Origin: Macrostomum lignano
Taxonomy: Eukaryota
DNA: 64,000 nt
Assembly: GCA_002269645.1 (NCBI GenBank)
Contig: NIVC01000420.1
Span: forward strand, 554,217-618,216
Direction: 5' to 3'
Position 1 is the stretch's first letter. Each line of letters opens with the position of its first letter. Below are positions 37,478 to 46,500 of the stretch, piece by piece. A model generated the notes under the pieces. That model worked only from the letters and a program-made list of their open reading frames with translations, did no database searches and was not told the DNA's origin. The translations under genes were made by a program, and so were the position numbers.

Positions 37478-39759
37478 ATGTCTTTCAAATTGTTGCCCAA
37501 GTCTACAGAAGAGTTTTCTGATACCAAATTTTGGGAAGGATTTTTTAAGACACGCGGAAGCAAGGCGTTTGAATGGTATTTCTTTGATTTTGTGTTATCA
37601 CGGATTTAAATAAGTGATTAATTATTGATTTAATGCTAATAAAATACTTCTAGGTATGGGGAATACCAGGACATGGTGGAGTTGTGGGCACAGTATGTGA
37701 AAACTGGCGATCGCGTACTCAACATTGGCTGCGGCAATTCCAATCTGGGCGCTGAGTTGCACGACTATCAAAACTGCGAAGTCCTGTGCATTGACACCAG
37801 CTCCACTGTGGTGCAACAGATGTCACGAAAGCACAGTAAACGACCCAAACTATCCTATCGCGTGATGGACGCCGCCAATCTTGAAGGCCTCGATGATGGC
37901 AGCTTTGCCTGCGCTGTAGACAAAGGCACCCTTGATGCTTTGATGTCGGCCGCAGATTCCTCTATTCAAGCTGTTGTTGATGGCATGCTGGCCGAGGCGC
38001 ATCGGGTACTGCGGGTTGGCGGCAGGCATCTCATTGTTAGCCTTTGTCAGAAACAAGTTGTTGATAAACTAGTGCAGCACATCTCTCTGAGGTTTGTGAA
38101 TTTGTCTTATGTTCTTTTTGGAATAAAAATCCCCTTGGAAAGAAATCTTACTAATCATGTGAAAACCTGCCACTCATTCCTTAAAAATCTCATTTGTATC
38201 CCGTGCGAAATCTTAGATTTATCCAGTGAGAAATCTCCCATTTATCCAGTGAGAAATCTCCTATTTCTATACTTATTATCTCCCATAAATTTTGCAGGCC
38301 GTGGATAGCCCGAGTCCACCAGGTCGCATCAACATCGGCCTCGGACTCTTCCGGCTTTCCTTTGCCGGTGTTTTTTATCGCCCTAACCAAACTGCGCCCA
38401 GCAGCAACGGCAACTGCAGTCTCTTCCATAGTGCAGGTGCAGGACGCCTATTCCACTGGACCGCCTGAACGACTTGATTCAGTGGCCAGCCTCACTGATT
38501 GGATTCGGCAAGTTCAACTAACAGCTTATTCCTTGTCTCGATCTTCCGGTATGGAAATCAACAGCACTGATGCTTTCGGCGATGCCGACAGTCAATGCCG
38601 GGTGACTCAGTTCAGTTATTCTTGCGGTCGCACCGGTTTGCCAACTTTCACCTGTCACTTGTTGACGCATGTCGCTACATCGTCTCGTCGACGTACTGGC
38701 TACGCTGTCTTTATTGAACCGTTAGGATCGTCTGCCTGTCGATTGTCGCCTAGCGATCGGCGAGATCTGCTAGAATCGCAGTCTAATTTGCGTCGATTAT
38801 TATTTGTTAAATTGCATCCCTGGCTGCACTACCAGTCGGACACAGCGTTGCAAGCTTCGCTGTCTCGCCTAGTGATGGCATTTGCGCCTAAGCCTGGCAT
38901 GCCAGAGTCTCAGGTGCCTTTCTTAAGCACTGGCCGGCTAGCTTATCCTTATCAGTCAGTTGCTACTCGAGTTGGGTATATTGTTGAACAATCCGAGGAT
39001 GATAGTCAAACTAAAGAGCTCCGATTGCTACGCCCGGAAAGCGACCTGTCGCCGCTGCTTTGCTGCGCCAATGCCGCTCTGGTCAAGTCAGTGTCATCGA
39101 CCGTCTGTTCCGACATTGTTGCTGAAGCTGGCAACAGTCCGTTGGGTCGCCTGCTAGATCAGCTTATTGGTATTAGTAGCGACACCAACCCATGTGCTTT
39201 GATCAATTGGCCTTGCAATCTTGACTGGCTGTTGACGTACAAGCATCGTCAACCTGAGAGGCCGCCTCCGAAGCTGTACGTGTCTGCATCGTCTCCGGCT
39301 GTTAGCCTTCTTGCCGAGTATTTTAACCTCACCTGGACTGCTACTAAGCAGCCGTTTGCATTGGATTCTCGGCACCGTCTAGTGGTTCTGTTTCCTCCTG
39401 CTGACTCTCTGGCATCATATGCTGCAGCTGTGACACCCGAATCTATTGCTAGCCTAGCCAGTGCTATAGAATCGGACGGCTGCTTGCTGCTGGCTACTAG
39501 ACTATTCGATTCTAAGCAACAAGTTTCGAATATTAATGCCGGAGCTGTAGATTCGCTGCGTCAGTGTAGTCAATTTGTTGACGTCATTTGCGCTGCCTTT
39601 TCTGATGAGGATGTCAACGTTGAACAGGTAGAAATTGACGAGTCCGCTGAGCATCGCTGTCGTTGGTGGATTGCCTGCGCTCTGATGTCGATTGAATCGA
39701 AGTCTTTGATTGAAGACTTTCTTGCTGGTTTGCCTGGCTGTCAACTGATTAAAGCTTGA
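37478..39759 (+). CDS. METTL13: eEF1A lysine and N-terminal methyltransferase homolog; exons 37478-37575, 37654-38091, 38298-39759
   Basis: LLPKSTEEF..FWEGFFKTRGSKAFEW|YGEY, VLNIGCGNS, VDKGTLDAL, RVLRVGGR, WIARVHQV, LPVFFIALTKLR and QVPFLS follow METTL13 in order. Both introns are GT-AG, phase 2. Confidence 0.92.
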
Positions 39760-39996
39760 GCTGACTATGATGAGTTACGGCAAAAAGTAGATTTTGTGTT
39801 TTTAGAGAACATTAAAGGTCATTTTGAAGTCAGTTGTAAAATAAAATTATGAAAATTTGATACTCTATGTGAGAAGCATTTGTTGTCATTATTGACCAAC
39901 AGTTCTGCCAATTCTTTTAACAACACGTCGCTTTTTGTGTCTTTTTTCAATTTTTAGCTTCTAGGTTAAAAGTTTGTGTTATTAGGTTAGGCAAAA

Positions 39997-40066
39997 ATGA
40001 TGATATTACTGGTCCGTGTTTCTGAGCCACCCGTATTGCGGTGCTGCTGATAACTACCAGATCTGA
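39997..40066 (+). ncRNA. Box C/D snoRNA, U18/SNORD18-like
   Basis: Box C ATGATGA, then guide TGGTCCGTGTTT followed by D' box CTGA (antisense to the conserved 28S AAACACGGACCA), terminal D box CTGA; 70 nt. Confidence 0.8.
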
Positions 40067-40120
40067 ATGCCTTTGAGGATGCGTCTATTTATATTAGACT
40101 TTATTAGATCCATATACAGC

Positions 40121-40984
40121 AATGATGAGATTTCTGGTCCGTGTTTCTGATTACCCATTCAAGCGGTAATGCTGTTACTTTTTACCAGAACTGAATGCTG
40201 TTTAAATTAGTCTCAAAACCTGAAATAATCAGCAATGATGAGATTTCTGGTCCGTGTTTCTGATTACCCATTCAAGCGGTAATGCTGTTACTTTTTACCA
40301 GAACTGAATGCTGTTTAAATTAGTCTCAAAACCTGAAATAATCAGCAATGATGAGATTTCTGGTCCGTGTTTCTGATTACCCATTCAAGCGGTAATGCTG
40401 TTACTTTTTACCAGAACTGAATGCTGTTTAAATTAGTCTCAAAACCTGAAATAATCAACAATGATGAGATTTCTGGTCCGTGTTTCTGATTACCCATTCA
40501 AGCGGTAATGCTGTTACTTTTTACCAGAACTGAATGCTGTTTAAATTAGTCTCAAAACCTGAAATAATCAACAATGATGAGATTTCTGGTCCGTGTTTCT
40601 GATTACCCATTCAAGCGGTAATGCTGTTACTTTTTACCAGAACTGAATGCTGTTTAAATTAGTCTCAAAACCTGAAATAATCAACAATGATGAGATTTCT
40701 GGTCCGTGTTTCTGATTACCCATTCAAGCGGTAATGCTGTTACTTTTTACCAGAACTGAATGCTGTTTAAATTAGTCTCAAAACCTGAAATAATCAGCAA
40801 TGATGAGATTTCTGGTCCGTGTTTCTGATTGCCTATTCAAGCGGTAATGCTGTTACTTTTTACCAGAACTGAATGCTGTTTAAATTAGTCTCAAAACCTG
40901 AAATAATCAACAATGATGAGATTTCTGGTCCGTGTTTCTGATTGCCTATTCAAGCGGTAATGCTGTAAATTTTACCAGAACTGA
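40121..40984 (+). ncRNA. Tandem array of eight near-identical U18-like C/D snoRNA units (113-bp period)
   Basis: Units start at 40121, 40234, 40347, 40460, 40573, 40686, 40799 and 40912. Each reads ATGATGA-GATTTCTGGTCCGTGTTT-CTGA...ACCAGAA-CTGA. Confidence 0.75.
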
Positions 40985-41077
40985 AATTACTTAGTCTATG
41001 AAGGTTAGGTTTATTGATTAATTAAGGCAGGTGTTTTCATACTGTTACTATCGTTAATTCCAGCTTAAGCTAACAAC

Positions 41078-42717
41078 ATGACCAACACCAAGGGTATTCG
41101 CCGCGGCACGCGGTACATGTTTGCCAGGGATTTCCGACGCCGCGGTGCCCTCCCCCTGTCCACCTACATGCGGGTGTTTAAACGCGGTGATATTGTCGAT
41201 ATTAAAGGCAACGGCAGCATACAGAGAGGTATGCCGTATAAAACCTATCACGGCAAAACTGGCCGCGTGTACAATGTCACACCACACGCTGTTGGTGTGA
41301 TTGTTAATAAGCAGGTAAGTTCGCAAAAAATTTATACAGAATCCTGAATTTTAAAACTCCTGACCACTTGTAGTCACCCTGCAGTGACTGTCAGTCCTGT
41401 CACTTGAGTGACTCACCTGTCATCTGAGTGACTCACCTGTCACTTGAGTGACTCACCTGTCATCTGAGTGACTCACCTGTCATTTGAGTGACACCTGTCA
41501 TTTGAGTGACTCACCTGTCATTTGAGTGACTCCCTGTCATCTGAGTGACTCCCTGTCATCTGAGTGACTCACCTGTCATTTGAGTGACACCTGTCATCTT
41601 AGTGACTCATCTGTCATCTTAGTGACTCATCTGTCATCTGAGTGACTCACCTGTCATCTGAGTGACTCACCTGTCATTTGAGTGACTCACCTGTCATTTG
41701 AGTGACTCACCTGTCATTTGAGTGACTCATCTGTCATTTGAGTGACTCATCTGTCATCTTAGTGACTCACCTGTCATTTGAGTGACTCATCTGTCATCTT
41801 AGTGACTCATCTGTCATTTGAGTGACTCATCTGTCATCTTAGTGACTCACCTGTCATTTGAGTGACACCTGTCATTTGAGTGACTCACCTGTCATTTGAG
41901 TGACTCACCTGTCATTTGAGTGACTCATCTGTCATCTGAGTGACTCATCTGTCATCTTAGTGACTCCCTGTCATCTGAATGACTCACCTGTCATTTGAGT
42001 GACTCATCTGTCATCTGAGTGACTCATCTGTCATCTTAGTGACTCACCTGTCATCTTAGTGACTCACCTGTCATTTGAGTGACACCTGTCATCTGAGTGA
42101 CTCTCCTGTCATCTGAGTGACTCCCTGTCATCTGAGTGACTCCCTGTCATCTGAGTGACTCCCTGTCATCTGAGTGACTCACCTGTCATTTGAGTGACTC
42201 ATCTGTCATTTGAGTGACACCTGTCATCTGAGTGACTCATCTGTCATTTGAGTGACTTATCTGTCATCTTAGTAACTCACCTGTCATTTGAGTGACTCAC
42301 CTGTCATTTGAGTGACACCTGTCATTTGTTTGACTTACTTGTCATTTGAGTGACTCGCCTGTCATCTGAGTGACTCACCTGTTATCTGAGTGACTCACCT
42401 GTCATCTGAGTGACTCACCTGTCATCTGAATGACACATAGCGATCGCCTCACCACCCCACAAATTCACCAGGTGCGCAACCGCGTGATCCCCAAACGGAT
42501 CAACGTCCGCATCGAGCACGTGAATCCCAGCAAGTGCCGACTGGACTTTCTTCGCCGGGTCAAAGAGAACGACATCAAGCGACGCGAGGCCAAAGCCGCT
42601 GGCAAGAAAATCTCCCTGAAGCGTCGGCCGCAGGGTCCGAGGCGCGCCACCATTGTGAAGACTAAGAAGAACAAGCCCCAGCTGCTGGAGCCGCTGCCCT
42701 ACGAGCTGATCGCTTAG
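41078..42717 (+). CDS. RPL21: 60S ribosomal protein L21 (eL21); exons 41078-41314 and 42472-42717, 160 aa
   Basis: [17 protein letters not shown]...[18 protein letters not shown]|[17 protein letters not shown]...EPLPYELIA*; canonical phase-0 intron. Confidence 0.98.
41385..42432. repeat. 20-bp minisatellite (TGAGTGACTCACCTGTCATT) filling the RPL21 intron
   Basis: About 50 units. Confidence 0.97.
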
Positions 42718-42944
42718 GCATTAAAAGGGGCCTGCGTAATTCTATACAATATTACATCTGGACTCGAGTAATGGGCAAATGAATTTTCAATTCCGAGAAT
42801 TATGAAATAAAAAACACCGGCCTGTGGTTGTGTTGTTGTTGGACAACTAAAGCTCTATTGGATGAAAGATTTGCGTTGGTGTTGTGTTGCTTCTTTTCGA
42901 TGATAATATAATTAGCTTTTTCTATTGACTTTCGGCTTGTTAGG

Positions 42945-43512
42945 CTGCAATGTACAGCCTCCCAGATCATCAGTTGCTTGGCTATTGTCACTCCCTGATC
43001 CCCAGTTGCTGGGCCATCCAGCCTCCCAGATCCTCAGTTTCTGGGTCAGCCTCCCAGATCCTCAGTTGTTGGGCCACCAGCCTCCCAGATCCTCAGTTGT
43101 TGGGCCACCAGCCTCCCAGATCCTCAGTTGTTGGACCACCAGCCTCCCAGATCCCCACTTGCTAGGCCAGCCTCCCAGCTCCTCAGTTGCTGGGCCAGCC
43201 TCCCAGATCCTCAGTTGTTGGGCCAGCCTCTCAGATCCTCAGTTGTTGGGCCACCAGCCTCCCAGATCCTCAGTTGTTGGACCACCAGCCTCCCAGATCC
43301 CCACTTGCTAGGCCAGCCTCCCAGCTCCTCAGTTGCTGGGCCAGCCTCCCAGATCCTCAGTTGCTGGGTCAGCCTCCCAGATCCTCAGTTGTTGGGCCAG
43401 CCTCTCAGATCCTCAGTTGTTGGGCCACCAGCCTCCCAGATCCTCAGTTGCTGGGCCAGCCTCCCAGATCCTCAGTTGCTGGGGCAGCCTCCCAGATCTC
43501 CAGTTGCTAGGC
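42945..43512. repeat. Minisatellite (CAGCCTCCCAGATCCTCAGTTGTTGGGCCA variants) between RPL21 and the next gene
   Basis: Directly visible; it explains the overlapping repetitive ORFs. Confidence 0.93.
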
Positions 43513-43583
43513 CATTGTTACCTAGTACTCAGACTCAACTGCGTGTTACCGTCACCATTTCAGCCAATCGGACAACCAACACA

Positions 43584-46500
43584 ATGGCAACCGCTGTGCT
43601 ACCTCCGCCGCCCTCAATGCCGGATCCGAACTCCTCTGGCGGCAGCTTCAGTCCGCTAACTCTGTTCGAATGCACCATGACCAATGCCGGCATGCTGGTG
43701 GACAGTATGCCAGTTAGGGACCTGGTCTCGGCCCTGCGCATCATTGGCACTCTGCACACTCACGTTGTCAACATCATGGACCCTGGCGTGGCCAGCGTGT
43801 GCGACCTGGCCGATCAGTTCAACTCTCACCGAATTAAATGTCCCGCTGCCGCTGCCGAGACCGCCGCCACCTCAGCTGCCGCCGCCGGCGAGGCCGAGCA
43901 GTCGCCAACTGCCAACTCCTCACTAGACGGAGGCGGCAACGCTAAGAAACGCTTGAAACTGGACGATAATTCTATGGCCTCATCGTTAAACGATCAGAAT
44001 TCTACGGATAACAACCAGACACTTAATAACACCGCTTCTGCTGCTGCCAATGTCAAGTCCGAATCTGTTGCCGAATCTGATGATGATTGCTGTATCCTTG
44101 ACGACGGCGGCTTAGGCCTGATTGGTTCCGACTTTTACACCAGCATGCAGCAGCAGCAGCAGCAGCAACATCAGCCTCGCAATCCGCAGATATCCTCAGC
44201 AGCTTCAGCATCTGCCGCTCCACCCTATGGCGGTCCCGTGCAAGATTCGGCAGCTATGAAGCAGATTTTACGCAACACCTACAAAGCTATGCGAGCTGGC
44301 GGTCCGCACCTATACGATTTTAATAGGCCGTGAGAGATTCATCTGTGTATTCTCTTAATTTTCTACTGGGTTTGTTAAATATGACGGATTATACTACTGA
44401 ATTGAGAGTAGCTTAATACTGCATGTGCCTCACAATTTATTAGCTTGAGCTTAAAAATCAACAAATTATACTACTTAATTGATTGTAGTTTAATGGCACA
44501 TGTACGGACTTATTAATGCTTCTCAGTAATCATTACAGCGGTTTAAAAATCTCAGAAGAGACTACACTACTTAACTGAAAGTAGTTTAATAGCACATGCA
44601 CGGACGGAGTTACAGTATTTATGCTTCTCGGGAATCATTTCTACGAGTTTAAAAGTATTATAAGAGATAATACTACTTACTAAAATAAAAGTAGTTTATT
44701 AGCACATGCGCATAGTTTTTCATTCCTAATAATCGCACAATCGTTTTCTCCCTACCCTCACTGCCTTGTCTGCGCCAGCTGGAACGATCCATTGAACCAG
44801 TCCGTGACTGAACGAATTGTCAGCCAAATTGTTGCCACAACGCCTGACATTTCCGTGTCTCCAGACGACTGGCGAAGTGAGTGCAGCTCCATTTTGAATG
44901 TGTATAAAAATTATTGTGTGATTTGTATATATGTAGATATTGAAACATTGGCGCGGTAGCATTTGCAGAGGTTTACAACCCCCAGTTACTGTTTCATTAT
45001 TATTAATAATAGTATTATTATTACTATCCTCATCCTCAAAATGAGAGCCTGATACTCTCTTGACACACTGATGAACCATTAATTGTATGAATTAATTAAC
45101 TAATTAAAGCATTAATTGGCCTGTTAACAATGCATAGTGCCGAGCATTAACAACAATAATAATTCCACTGCAAATTCTAATGACATTTAAGGTCAGTCAG
45201 TCTCTATGCAGTTCTAAAGCCTATTCGCATTTTTGCAGCCCAAATGCTCAGACTATGGGAAGAATAGCATCCAAGGCGCGATGTACAGTTGAAAAAGCTT
45301 AGAGACAGGAAATATTGTCGAGTGAAAAGAGTAAGTTAAGCAGTATGAGGAAATATATATTAATTTAGCCTTAAAAACTACTGCCGTGTGCAAATGATAC
45401 TACTGCCCGCGTGAATCTAAAACTCAGCCAAAAACAACATTAATTTATGCTACCTATTAACTCTACACTGAAACACTTGGACTGTAGAACTGTGCAGTCA
45501 GTTAATCGGGCAGCTAATGAGCAATCCGTCTGGCAGAAATCTTGATTTGAAACGTCAGACCATGAGAAAGTGCGGCAGATTGCGCACCGTAAGACACTTT
45601 TGCTACTTACAGGGGTGGGGAACTCCGGCCCCCCGGGCCCTGTGACACTTAACTCTCTTTCTCTCGCCTCTCCACTCTCCTCTCCTATCCCCTTTTCTCC
45701 TCTCTCTTATCTCTTGTGTCTCTAGTAAAAACGTTTGCCGACCCCTGTGCCACTAGAAGATTCTGTAGCCGTTTGTTATTCCTGCTTTCGCAATCCTCTG
45801 CGAACTGCATTATCGTTGCGCTAATAAAAAGAATCCGAAGCAATGCTTAGTAGTATGTGTTGGGCATGGTGATGTCTCTCTATCTGATAAATTTGCAGGC
45901 AAATGTGCCGTAGCAATATTCACCCCGCTGCATAGGGAGACGGTTGTCAAGCACGAGGATAGGAAGCGGGTTAAACGAAAATATTCCCGAGTTTCCGCTG
46001 TAAGTTGACCTTGATTTCTAAGAAATAAGCCAAACCCTCGCCCTCACCGTTTCCTCTGCGAAAGTCGCCGACATTTGTATACAAAATAAATAAAGCACAA
46101 CTAATTTTGTTTTAAACTGTCAATCCTATCTGTAGTTCGATGCAATTTAACATTTTTTGACAATTCCGCGTCAATGAAAAGCGACGCCGTGTTGAAATAC
46201 GAGGCCAGAAAACGGTCAATGCGTAAATATGCCAGAGTTAGCTCTGTAAGTAGTATATGCTTGGGGGAAATTGTCCACTAACACTTGAACAAGATCTCTG
46301 CAAATTAAAACCACAAGTGCCCGTTAACCACCAAAGTTTCACTGTGTACTTTTTATTGGGTTGGAATGCTTATTTTACTTTAAACACTTGCAATTAATGA
46401 TGTCTAGGCGGTATAGACGAATTTGTGCGCACCGTTTTGGACGAAGAGATGCGCAATATTAAATCGCGCGGTTATAAACGGCGCTATAGCCGTATTACTG

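Noticed and set aside
40121-40984. CRISPR-like regular array
   Set aside because: The units are identical end to end with no unique spacers, the context is eukaryotic and there are no cas genes. It is better explained as a snoRNA tandem array.
43128-43583. Pro/Ser/Gln repeat N-terminal extension of the 401-aa ORF
   Set aside because: It derives from the intergenic minisatellite; an acceptor at 43563 and the ATG at 43584 mark the likelier start.
44937-44970. Extra cassette candidate after TATGTAG
   Set aside because: It has an in-frame TAG, no GTAAG donor and no basic motif.
45769-45850. Extra cassette candidate after TTCTGTAG
   Set aside because: It hits TAA TAA in the required phase and has no good donor or motif.
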